Source: Chiloscyllium plagiosum (Eukaryota). From it: 64,000 nt of DNA. Shown here piece after piece: positions 24,509-36,751 of the stretch; the first letter of the stretch is position 1, and the number at the start of each line of letters is the position of its first letter. The notes under the pieces were generated by a model. That model was given only the letters and a program-made list of their open reading frames with translations, made no database searches and was not told the DNA's origin. A program made the position numbers and the translations under genes. The stretch covers positions 5,995,110-6,059,109 of the forward strand of contig NC_057718.1 of assembly GCF_004010195.1 (NCBI RefSeq), written 5' to 3'.

Positions 24509-26209
24509 CTAATATAACAAACACTATATTTGGCAATCACCAATGCTCTTGTTTAGACATGCATTTGACATGTCATAGGCAAGTTAAATTCTTATAACAT
24601 ATACATTTTACATATATATATATTTGTAGGCACATTCATCCGGAAATGAGGCTTTAGCTCAATTATACTATTTTCTAACAAAGTAGTGGGGTGGTTAAAA
24701 TTGCTTTCTTTTCAATCGTTATTAATATTTATAAAAACAAGAAGAGATTTTTTTTGTTGGAACAAAAGAAGCAATAATTGCACAGAATGTATAATCAACA
24801 CTATGTAGTGACAGGGCAGTTGAAATCATGCTGTGCTGTTGTAGTAAGGGGCTGCTTTAACAAAGTTGCTGAGCCGAATGTTAAAATGTATGTCATATGA
24901 ATTTCTCAGCTTGATCATTACTAATACAGAACACTACGATTTGAACTGCCCATGGCTGTTTAAAAATTATCCATTAACTTCAAAACAATAACATGAAAGA
25001 GAATCATTCAATGGCGATTACAGTTTTAACTAAAGACCACAATAGTAAAATGGAAAGAGCAGACAAAAATAAGTGTCAGCAAACATAGAAACACGAGAGA
25101 GACGGGAAACAAAGTGAAAAGCAATGGTGGGTGCACTGCTAAAACTTAAGTTTCGAATTCACTAATCAAATGCTGGCAGAGGGAGCACAGGTCAAAGGCA
25201 GAGCTGAAATTCCAACCCATGCTTACTTGTGACTGTGAATGCTCAAAATTTGTGGTGCTGCTCCTGTACTACAAGCTTCTGTCCAGGTGGAATGCCACAA
25301 CAGTTATGCCACATGGTATTCCTTCTGCCAATCATGCATGATTGCACAAAACCTATGTTCTTTCTAGCTGATCAATACTTCCAAAAGAAATAATTTGCAT
25401 TGCGAAGTTCAAGAAGCCTGAAACAGAAATCATTTTTCCTAATGTCCCACCATTGAAATGTTTTGGGGTTGAAGTCAGTCTCTTCCAACAGCACAAGATG
25501 GATAATAGTGAATTTTTAAGCCAGTTTTACACTCTGCCTAATTTTCCATTCCGTTGGATAAGAAATTCAGCCAGGGCATAGAACAGACTGCCAATTTGCC
25601 ATCACCCATCTTGCAGCTGAGACTGGTTTTAACTCTACTTTTTCCATTGACATTTGTTGGTATTCTCAGTGTTCTAGTACAGTTTCAGGTGGGCGGTTCC
25701 TATCTAAAGCAAGTAGCAAGCAGCAGGCCCGAACGCAGAAGCCGGTTTACTAGATGTTACAGCTGGTGTGGGTTGTAATTCAGTTCGAACCTTTGCGGTG
25801 CCGCAATTAGTTATTTACAGAAACAATACGACAAAGTAATTTGAACATTCCAGGCTAAAAAGTCTGTGTTTTGTTTTGTAGCTGTAGTTTGTAAAATGGT
25901 GTATCTCCACAAGGTTAGTAGTAAGTTTAAGCCTTGTTCGTGAGTGAGACTTTTTTTTTGCTTCACGATGAAACAGCCTTAAAAGGACAGGCATCTGACG
26001 TCTGTTTCATATATAGAAACTGCAAACTCTCTTAGTTTAGTAGGTGTGTCTTTCTGTCTCCTTACGAAGAACTGATGGTCAACAGAGTTCGTTAAATCAA
26101 CTCCTGGTGAATTTTCCAAAAAGGCTCATTTCTTATTAAGCTCGGGAACAAATATTTCAGAAACAGGGCTTTTCGGTTTTTGTGAACATCATGGGTAACC
26201 TAGTAAAAT

Positions 26210-26220
26210 TTATCCGGAAC
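26210..26220 (-). CDS. COL12A1: Alternative terminal exon, short NC1 (G|GT TCC GGA TAA = GSG*)
   Basis: Acceptor cattcttaacctgtttcag| with a branch-like cttaac. Splicing gives ...YPGSG*, the recalled human collagen XII C-terminus. Confidence 0.85.
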
Positions 26221-28914
26221 CTGAAACAGGTTAAGAATGTTGTTAGTTTTGGGAAAAATTGCTATATATTTTTGTTTTTTTCTGCAGTGGAGAATAAATG
26301 AGCTATTTCTGTTTTGTTTTTAATTACTCAGAACAAAAATCAAACACATAACATCACAATAATTAGACTGTTAACATATCTGGGCTGCCCAGATTTTTTG
26401 ACGTTCTGGTTGGTGCTAAGTTGTAGTCAGTCTTGTGACATAACAGCTACTTTCAAACAAACAGCTTGTCTTCCATCAATACAAATCGGGGTAGAACGCA
26501 AGGTCACTAGAATCAGAGCACTAAGAATATTAAAGTTCGCTTTGTCAATACTTTAATTGCAATTGCTATTTAAAGCAGTATATTTGAACTATTGACGACA
26601 GGCGAAAACATTACTTTTTTTTGCCCGAAATTATAAAATAAATTGGACTTTACGGTCTTAAGTTATATCTAAATATTAACTTTTTTTTAGTTCCTTTAGG
26701 TTTTTTTATAATCAGATTGAGAGTTTTATACTTTGTTAATTTTTGTTAAAATATGGTTATTTTTATAAGATTGGTTACAAACATAATGCCTCTATTTAGG
26801 GATCAGTCAGTAGCTGCAAAACTCTTTTATAATTGCAACAATTTGTTTGTTCCTTTTATTCAGAGCCAGCTTTCTCTGTGATTCGAGCAGAGCTTAGTTC
26901 CAGCAACAATTTGACCTGAAATGCTGCAGTGCTGAGTTAGGAGGTCATATATATAAAATGGATCACTCAGGGATTAATAGCCAGAAGGGAAGGGGAGCCT
27001 TAACTCAGAGATTTGGAGAGGAATGGAAAGCTTACATTGGGTTCTTGAGGGAGGGGAAGCTCTGGACATTGGATTGGTGAGTAAAAACAAGTCGTAGGTA
27101 TGGATTTGATGAATGATTAGAAACTGCACAATGAGGTTGATGGCTGAAGGGGAACTGATGGAGATAAGGCTACCCTACAAATACTGAGTTGGTTGGAAGA
27201 GGATTCATTTCAACTGGCTACTTTCAATTCACTTGCTAGGCTGCATAAACTTTACTGGGACTATTTGATCCTGGTTTCTGAAAGTTTGACGAAAATTCAA
27301 AATTTTGAGACGTGAGCCAAGTCAGTCGCAAGAAAACTGGTACAAATTACCAATAATTTGAATGTATTGGTTCATAACAGTGATAGAGAATTGAAAGACA
27401 AGAACAGTAATGCAGCTGGCAGGAAAGATATGCATTGGATATATTTAAGGATAGATTTTCAGGATGCCTTACAAAGATGTGCAGTGCCTTCTGGATCACT
27501 CTTTACAATTAACCTGGTCCCACATTGCTATCCAAGCAATAGACCTAGGCAGATACAAAGATATAATAGTTTACCCGCTGAAAAGGGACAATTATGTTAT
27601 TTTTGCAAGGAATGCTTCCAGGCTTTAGTTTCCAAGAAATATCCAGATAACCAGTAAAATCCCACAAGAAGAATAAAGTTCTTGATATGGGATGGGGTCT
27701 AAGGGGAATATTCTGCTTACAGTAATCAATGCAAGAAGTTACACTGATGGATTAAAATCTGGTTTTACACCCTCCAGCTAATGGAGGAGGTTTATATGCT
27801 GAATTCTTCTGAGTTATACATATGGCTTTCTTTAAGAAGTACTTCATTGAAACAAATGTTTTTGTGTTTAGCTACAGACTGCTCTATATGTGCTCATCTT
27901 AACATTGTAAAAATTGAGAAGGTATAGTAAAGGTATATTTCTTCAAGCAAACCTTTTTGTGCAATTTTTCAATTGGGTAACTTTGGGGAATAATATGGTT
28001 CAAAAAAGAGGAAGGAATGTGTCAGTGCATCAGTGTTAATACAATTTGTTGCTGTGCAAGAGATTTCTCCATTAAGAAAGTTTTCAAGCATTTAATTTTA
28101 AGAAGATGGCACTTCTTAAAAATCTCAACACTTTCCCTTGCCTTCTGCTGGCCAGAAATCAAAAGGAATACTGAGGTCATATTGAGTTTAAAGGTAATTA
28201 TCTTTGTTTAAACATGCAATACAAGTTAAATTGTCCAAAGTAACAGATGATCCATCTCCTTCCTCAAAAGAAGAGAAACTTGGAAAACTTTTATTCTTCA
28301 TAAGTTTTTAACGATCAGTACAGCCACGTGTGAGTCTAGATTTATGTTTAATAATACTGATATTTTAGTAAAATACTTCAAGCCAACCAAGGCTGTTTAA
28401 CAATGAAGTTTAAAATATTTTACTGTTGAAATATTATTTTTCTATCTAAAGAAAATAAAATTTCATTCATGATTACACTTTATTGCTGCTTTAGTTAACA
28501 AATAGCCTGTCAATGTTCTGAAGAGATTGGTCTCCTTGAATCTGAGCTAATGACATTTTTGCCAGACAATAAGCCAAAATCTGTGGGGTCGTTTTCAGTA
28601 TCTCTCAGACAGGTCTCACTGCATTGGTGTTTCCCTTTCAGGGCTCCCTCTTTCTTAGCTTTGAGATTGGACTTATGCCTATTGTTTGTTAATATACATT
28701 AAAGAGATGGAGGTTGATTTGGCTCAGTTGGCTGGATGGTTGGTTTGTGATGCCTGGCTTCAGTCCCACACCAGCTGAAGATACCATGAAGGACTCTCCT
28801 TCTCAACTTCCCCCCCCTCACCTGAGGTATTGTCACCCTCAGGTTAAACCACCAAATAGTCATTTCTGTCTAATGAGAAAGCAGGAGGTCTGGTAAGACT
28901 ATGGCAATTTAACT

Positions 28915-30520
28915 TGACTGAAAGGGGTAAATGCAAGTAAGATATTTTCCCTGGTTGGGAAGCCTAAAACCCGGGAGCATCGTTGATAGATAATGTGGGG
29001 GCAGGGAGCACTTTGGTTGGAGATAAGAGCTAAGTATTTAACTCAGAGAATTGTGGATCTTTGGAATTCATGGCTTTGGAGGGCTGCCTTTGAGTTTGTT
29101 TAATCTTGAGATTGATAGATTTCTGAATAATGGTGCTGTACAGGGTTATAGGGATGGGGTGGATAAACGTTTGAACAGCCATGATTGTATTGAATGGTGG
29201 AGAAGGCTCAATGGGCTGAATGGCCTACTCCTGTCCCTATAGTCATGTGATGATACCTGATCATGTGCTATTGATTCAAGTTTCATCTGCTTGCAAACAT
29301 TACTCCACCCAAACTTTGCTTTTTGTATCTTTGCACATGGGTTTAGCCAGCAGTTGTAATGACTGAAGTTGTAAGAGCCACAGGTGCAAGCCCAGAACTA
29401 CGAATTAATCCAGGCAGGAAACAATTAGGAAAGCAAACACACAGTTGGGAGTACAAGGCGAAAGGTCTTATTGCAAGAATATAGGGTCGTGGTGAAATTA
29501 TACGTGGTGTTGCGTACAATTCTTCTCTCCTTATACTGAAGGAATCCTCAGAAGGACTGATTTCTGGGATGAAATCAGCTGTTCAGAGAAATTGAGAAGA
29601 ATAGGTCTGACAGTTAGAAGTTATTATTGAAACATACAAAATTCATACGGTGTTAACCAATTAGAAGCTGAGAAAATATTTCTCCTGGGTGGGGAAGGTA
29701 GCACGAAGGATCATGATCACAGATGAAGGGTGGCCCATTTAGAACTGGGAAGGGGACCAATGTCTTCACTCAAAGGGTTCTATCCGAGAAACCTATGGAT
29801 GCTCAATCAGTTGGTGAGCTTAAGTCAGAGGTCAAGAGATTTGTGGATATTAAGGCAATCGAAGATGTAGGAATAGTGCATGAAGGTGGAGTTGAATTAG
29901 AAGATCAACTATTATCTGAATGAATGATACAGCAGGCTCAAGGGGCCGAATGGCCTCCTATTACTTGTATCCCTTAAGCCTTTATGTTGACAATTCAACT
30001 GAGCAAAGTGTCAGAATCACACAGTACAATAAAAACCATTTGGGCTGTCATGCCTGTGCTGATTTTTTGATAGGGCCAGTCAATTATCCCACTATTTCTC
30101 TGTTGACCTGCAAATCATTTTTCCAATTCTCCCTTGGAAATTATGATTGAATCCGCTTCCACCGCCTTCCAGGTCAGAACAACTCTTTGCATAAAGAGCA
30201 GGCTTTCCTTATTTCCTTCCTTTTCCTTTGGGGAAATATCTAAACTTATGCTCTGTGCTAATTCTTCCTGTCAGCAAAGGAAACAGTTTTGCCTTATTTC
30301 CTCAATTTCACACTCACAATTTCAAGCACCTCTCATGAATCTGGATGGAGAACAATTACAGTTTCTCCAGTGTTTGCACTTTACTATGATCCCTGGAACC
30401 ATGTGAGTAAATCTCCTCTGCACCCCTTCCAAAGCCATGACATCTCTTCTACACAGTGGTGCCTAAAATTAAATACTATACTCCAAATGAGGTCTAAGTA
30501 GTGATTTATAAAGGTTTAGG
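28915..30520. mobile_element. Degenerate CR1 3' fragments (two +, one -)
   Basis: FTQRV, EIDRFL and 3'UTR motifs. Confidence 0.7.
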
Positions 30521-31499
30521 AACTTTTGCCAAGTGAAATTATAGTCAAGTGCTCTGGAGTGGTGGGTAGCTTTAGTAATTGACAGAAATTACCCAGATCA
30601 TTATTTGTTTCTCAAAAGCTAAGGTGACAGCTTGTATTTTGTTTGAGTTTTCAGGGTATCAGCTACAAGAATCTAAGAATTGCGACTGGGACTGTGCTTT
30701 GGGTTGTGGTCGATTCTCCTCCTCCTGACTTGGTCTTTCCACTCATGTTCCTGAGATCATGTGGATTTCTCTTACACTCACGGTCATCCAGCTTCATGGA
30801 CACTGCTCCCATAACCTCTTCACCAAACCTCAATGACTAACAGCCCAAATAGGCAGGTCGTACACCTTACTGAACACTCCTCTCTACTAGGAGACAATCA
30901 TTTTGGATTAGCTTCCTTAAACACAATGACTAACCAAGAATACATTTCACCACTACCTTGTGGTAACCTACTACGTTACTTTGTTACTTCCTAGTTTAGA
31001 TGCTTTTTAAAAATAATAGTCAAATTTATATCAGCAGCCACTGGATCATTTAGCAAATGTTCCTGCCACTCCATAAGTTTAAAGAAAGAAAAGTTACAGC
31101 CTTATAAATCTTTGCAATGGATGCTTCTCTTGTTCTCTTTAATCTCTTGCCTGGGGTGCAGTTAGGTCTCATGCATTGCAAGGTCCAGGACAGAATGGTC
31201 GACTGACCATTCTCCAGTTTACTGAGGTGTAAACTCTTTACTTGCCTACCGAGTGGTTAGTTTACAAATTATATAAGAAGCTCATTAGATTTTAGTGCCT
31301 CAGTTTAATTCAAGTTAATTAATCGTGTTAAATTTCTTTTAAAAGGTTGTTTATAGAATAGTTATAAAAGCAGTTAAAAATAATTTCACCCAAATCAGCC
31401 GTGTTTAAAGGTTTTAAAGAATGTTGCCTGATGTCAATCACTTACCGACTTTAAAAACCCGTCACAATTGTTGCACTAATTCTGAAGATTGCAACCTAC

Positions 31500-31664
31500 C
31501 TGGATAACCATTGTAGGGAATGCCTGCACACATTGAGGAATCACAGTAACCAGGTGGACCAGCTGGACCCCGAGACCCATATCGCCCTGGACGACCTGGT
31601 GGTCCAATTGGCCCCCTTGGACCTGGAGGACCTGTGGGACCAGTTCTTGATTGTCCTGGTGGGC
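31500..31664 (-). CDS. COL12A1: Collagen XII alpha1 exon, end of COL1 and start of NC1, 165 bp ([10 protein letters not shown]...[20 protein letters not shown])
   Basis: aatcatag| ... |gtaggt, phase 1/1. Contains the second imperfection (GQSRT) and the FACIT GYC-x4-C motif. Confidence 0.96.
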
Positions 31665-31677
31665 CTATGATTAAACG

Positions 31678-32605
31678 CAGAGAGTCATTGAGTCATAGAG
31701 ATGTACAGCACAGAAACAGACCTGTCGGTCCAACTTGTCCACATCGACTGAATTAATCTAGTCCTATTTGCCAGCACTTGGCCCATATCCCTCTAAACCC
31801 TTCCTATTCTTATATCCATACAGACACTTTTTAAATGTTGTAATTGTACCAGACTCCACTGCTTCCTCTGGCAGCTCATTCCATATACACACCACCCTCT
31901 GCATGAAAACGTTTTCTCTTAAGTCCCTTTTAAATCTTTCCTCTTTCACCTTAAACCTGTATCCCCTAGTTTTGGACTCCCCCACAATAGGGAAAAGACC
32001 TTGGCTATTCACCCTATCCATGCTCCTCATGATCTTTTAGACCTCTATAAGGTCACCCCTCAGCCTCTGACCCTCTGGAGATTAGAACAATCCTTCCATC
32101 GACCTTCTGTTTATAGAGTCATAGAGATGTACAGCACAGAAACAGACCCTTTGGTCAAACTCGTCCATGCTGACCAGATATCATAACCTAATCTAGTCCC
32201 ATTTGGCCCATATTCCTATTCATATACCCATCCAGATGCTTTTGAAATGTTGTAATCGTACCAACCTTTACCACTTCCCCTGGCAGCTCATTCCATTCAC
32301 GCAACATCCTCTGAGTAAAAATGTTGCCCTTTATGACCGATTTGTATCTTTCCTCTCTCACCCTGAACCTATGCCCTCTAGTTTTGGACTCCCCTCCCCT
32401 GGGAAGAGACCTTGTCTATTTACCCTATACGTGCCCCTCGTGATTTTATAAACCTCTATAAGGTCACGTCTCAGCCTTCGACGCTCCAGGGAAAACAGCC
32501 CCAGCTTATTTAGCCTCTCCCTACAGCTCGAGCCTTCCAACCGTGGCAACATCCTTGCTAATCTCTCTGAACCTTTTCAAGTTGAACAAATCTTTCCAAT
32601 AGGAG
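31678..32605 (-). mobile_element. Two tandem CR1 (HER1-like) 3' fragments with TCTATGAC tails
   Basis: ORFs 31764..32030 and 32358..32552. Tails at about 31680 and 32115. Confidence 0.88.
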
Positions 32606-33502
32606 ACATTTTATTTCCTATCCATTTTGTTTTCTATCACCTCTTCAGAAACATTGCTCCTTCCCCCACCAAAAAAAACAAACTCAACCTTTCCTCGTAG
32701 ATCAGCCTGGAGACTGAGTTGGACTTTCATCTTTGAGTCAGTACCTCAGTGTGAGGAGTATTTCTGATTCCCAACTCAGCATTTTTTACACAAATTGACC
32801 TGGGAGAAAAGGTCAAGATAGCTGGCCTGTGATACATGGCTTTGGAAGTTAAGGAGGATTTCGAGCAATAAGGGACTAGCCTTTGAGATGGGTGCTACCC
32901 CTGAGGTTTGCACGTTGGAAATGTCCTTTGAAGGATCCTTTTAAAGTAAAAAGTGACTACATCACCAGTGTGATCTGTGACTCTATTATATCAAATGGTT
33001 ACTTAACTTTCAATAATGGAGCACTCCTACTCCTGTCATTCTCTGGGTTTTCAGAATGGCAACTGGAAAGCATCAGTCACAGTTGGTCTTATTGGACATT
33101 TAATTAGTTCAAGTATCTACTTGATTTGTGTGGGGGCATTTACCCATTGTTTGCCCCCCTCCCCAACCCCAGCATACCCTGAAGAAACCTGATCCAAAAA
33201 CGGCATGGGTACAAGAACCAGCTGACAATCCACCATGCCAGCTCATTCTGAGAAAATTGCTGACTCATCCACCTTGGTCCCAAACAGCCAGATGAAACTT
33301 AACCCTGAGGGTCTGCTGCTAGACACTGCACTATGGGAAGATGAATTGGGTACCGTGCACTTCTTAACACAAACATGCAGGCATGTACAACCACACAGGC
33401 AGGACTGTGAATATAGTGAAGACTGCAGACGCTGGAGGGTCAGAGTTGAAAAATGCGGTGCTGGAAAAGCACAGCAAGTCAGGCAGCATCCGAAAAGCAG
33501 GT

Positions 33503-34603
33503 TAAAGGGGAGCGTCTTAGGTCCAGCCACGGGCCGTGGAGGGGGTCATTAGGGCCGACTGTTTGCCCCTCTTCCATGGTTACGTTAGAGCCCGGGTGTC
33601 CCTGCCCTCCCCTTCACTGTATGATCACACAGCATTGCCCTTTGATGTGAAGGGCAGTGTTTGTCACTGGCCACCCGGGTGTTTTCCTATCTTCCTGGTG
33701 GTGGAAACTGAATAAAGATTCGTGCACTTTGTGTCTTTCACTGTGTCTCACACGTATACACACACACCATGGGTGCTGGGGAAAAAATAAGCACTACCGC
33801 ACTTAGGTGGTAGTGTGCGGGTTAAATTTTTTTAAAAAGGGAAAAAAAGAAAAAAAAAGAAAGAAAAAGAAAAAGAAAGAGAAAATAAAAGTGTAGTATG
33901 TGAAGGGCAGTGTTTGTCACTGGCCACTTGGGTGTTTTCCTATCTTCCTGGTGGTGGAAATTGAATAAAGATTCGTGCACTTTGTGTCTCTCACTGTGTC
34001 TCACACCTACACACACACACCATGGGTGCTGGGGAAAAAATAAGCACTACCGCACTTAGGTGGTAGTGTGGGGATTAATATAAAAAAAAGGAAAAAAAAG
34101 AAAATAATAAACAGTAGATTAAGGGCACTGCTTGTCAAAAAAAAAGGGGAGCGTCTTAGGTCCAGGCAACGGGCCGTGGAGGGGGTCATTAGGGCCGACT
34201 GCTTGCCCCTCTTCCGTGGTTACGTTAGAGCCCGGGTGTCTCTGGAAAAGGAGCACGCGGTGTCCGATACCCTGGAGTTGTTCAGGGAGAGGTGGGCGCC
34301 GCAAGGAGTGGAGTGCATTATTTCCCCCTCCAACTCTATTTTGATTTAATCCCTGCCCTCCCCTTCACTGTATGATCACACAGCATTGCCCTTTGATGTG
34401 AAGGGCACTGCTTGTCACTGGCCACTCGGGTGTTTCCTATCTTCCTGGTGGTGGAAACGGAATAAAGATTCGTGCACCTTGTGTCTCTCACTGTGTCTCA
34501 CACCTGCACACACACACCTGGATGCTGGGAAAAAAAATAAGCACTACCGCAGTTAGGCGGTAGTGTGGGGGAAAGAATAAAAAAGAACAGGAGAAAAAAT
34601 AAA
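33503..34603 (+). mobile_element. Tandem array of L1/Tx1-clade 3' ends
   Basis: ORF2 C-terminus RSRQRAVEG..DCLPLFRGYVRARVSLEKEH..FRERWAP. The 3'UTR with AATAAA, stem-loop and A-tail is repeated three times. Confidence 0.8.
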
Positions 34604-34730
34604 TAAAGGGGAGTGCCTGAGATTCTGGCACTTGGAGAGCTGGCTCTGAATGAGCAGTACTAAGGTCAAGCACTGTGTAAATAAAAGAGTGACTTGGTGA
34701 CAGGATACCAGCCTCTGTGGAGTTATTTCA
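34604..34730 (+). mobile_element. Probable LTR remnant
   Basis: AATAAA at about 34679 and an end in ...TTATTTCA. Confidence 0.4.
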
Positions 34731-34979
34731 GCTTTCTTCTTTCATTTTTATAATCCGGATGTTCGAACAACGGATGTTCAATGAATGGCTGTTCCCATCA
34801 AGAAATCACCTGTGGCAATTTTCACTAACTAGCACTAGTAAATTACCTAGATTTCTATTTGTTCAGATTATATGCACTACACACAATTTCTATCTAAATA
34901 ATCATCCAAAGCCCTGATAAATGCCTCAATTCAGCCTGCCCCCACCACATTCCCAGGGCGCGCATTTACATGGATTCAA

Positions 34980-35180
34980 GATAGCTCTGACGCAGGGTGA
35001 CTCTATGACTCTTTGTGAGCTCTCTACTACAGATCTTACTCTCACATTTCTTTCGGTCAGTTCAATCACCCTAAGATCTTTGTGTTTTTGTATGGTATGA
35101 TGCACCTGTACTGCACACAGAACAAAACCTTTCACTGCACTGAAGTACATGTGACAATAATAAATCCAATCAAATCCAGA
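34980..35180 (+). mobile_element. Rex1/Babar-like LINE 3' end
   Basis: tttcactgcac..gtacatgtgacaataataaatccaatcaaatc tail. Confidence 0.55.
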
Positions 35181-36515
35181 CCCTAATTACTCGCTGTGTG
35201 AAAACGTTATTCCTTGCCACTTTGCTCTCACCTCACTTTAAATCAATTTGGAAGGGAGAATGAAATCTTTTACACCTATCCATTACAAGAATAGCGGTTT
35301 TAAATGACTTGTGCTTTTACCCTTCTCTCCGTTCATTAACTTGGAAAACTCATATCTAACCCCAAACCTTACTGGCAGCTGTTCCCCATGCTGTCCAGAC
35401 TGTTTTCATGTAATTCAAGAGCAGTTGCTTGCACGTTTCCGCATTTGTTGTAAACAAAGCCACAAAACTAAACCCTCCCATTCCCAACCTCACGGGGTCT
35501 CCCTTTTATCCTGCTACTGTAAATTAAAATTCTGACAATTGAAATGAAAAATGAGCCATTATTCACTTCATTTTTAAAAAATTTTCCATGAGCATTTGAC
35601 TCCTATTTAACGATTGAACTATTCGCCTGTGGGTAGGAGGCTACACAGAAATGCATGGCTTTGCTTTTTTTTTAAATTATGAATTATGGCTACCTCAGGG
35701 GATAGCCCACCTTAAATAAATAAAACAAGGTAGCACCTTTGCTTCCCTCTGACCCATGAGTGGCTGATGTAATGCTTGTGTTGGAATGAGCCAAGTCATG
35801 GGTAACCAAACAACTCAACCTCTACTGCTGAGGACTCTGCAAACTACGTGCACTGCACATTTTGTGTTCCTCAACAGAAGAAACTTTTAGTACTCCTGGG
35901 ACATCATATAATTCAGTTTTCTGCTAGCTACTGCTCATCAGGAACCAGCACTTTGCACCCTGGCTGAGTCCTTGTGCCAGTAGTAGAATTCTATCAAGGA
36001 AGGAGGCAAAAACGGGACATCTTCTAGAATTTGCAAATCGCAATTGTCTTCAGGAATTAAGAATCAATTTCCCAGTCACTGCTGCGTGCAAATGGGGACA
36101 ACAAAACAAGTTTGTGGCAAAACAAAGAACAAACAAAGTTCTGCCAACTTGGTTCTGCCTTGAATAAATTATGATTTATCGTTCACATGGCAGAATGTTT
36201 GGGAAGGAGCTTTTGATATCTCTGCCAGAGAAGATGAGAGCTGTCTGGCCACAATTTGGCACAAAGATGACGACAGAGAGAAATTGTCCAAAGCTCATTC
36301 GGAATAATTGATTTTGGATCAGAAAATGCTGCATTTAATAGACATCCAATTTATTGCACAGCCAGCCAAATTAAAAATGGTACCCAAGATATACTGGCAC
36401 TGGGGAGGGGGGTTACTCTGTTTGTTTGTCATTTAAATTGTGTGAAAACAGTGAAAACTTTGAGGATTTCACAACCTTTTTCATCATGCGGTTTACATGT
36501 TGGGACCCAAACATG

Positions 36516-36734
36516 CAGGTGGTTCTTCTATAGCGTGATGGTTGCACTCTTGTGCAGCCCCACATTATAGTAAAATTGTGCTTTAGAAACAACGCTTAAA
36601 GTGCTGGCAACGTAATCGCATTACAGTCAATGCTCATTTTAAAAGTTCGCTCTTTGGAAACAGTGTCTCCAATTTGTCACTCGTGTAACAGCGAATTTGC
36701 GTCAATGAAACGCGCCTTATGGCAGAACGACCTG
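36516..36734. mobile_element. Tc1/mariner (Tigger-like) MITE
   Basis: TIRs CAGGT(G/C)GTTCT..ATA. A homolog lies at 8903-9125. Confidence 0.7.
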
Positions 36735-36751
36735 AACATAAAACGACATAC

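Larger units (their letters stand above)
23000..26209 (-). other. COL12A1: COL12A1 3'UTR (about 3.2 kb for the short form, about 1.37 kb for the long form)
   Basis: AT-rich, TE-free block between the stop codons and the poly(A) signal. Confidence 0.7.

Noticed and set aside
26408..26418. miR-29 site TGGTGCTA
   Set aside because: It is on the + strand, antisense to the collagen mRNA, and intronic.
33503..34618. CRISPR-like or satellite array
   Set aside because: Units are long retroelement 3' ends with A-tails, there are no spacers, and the context is eukaryotic.
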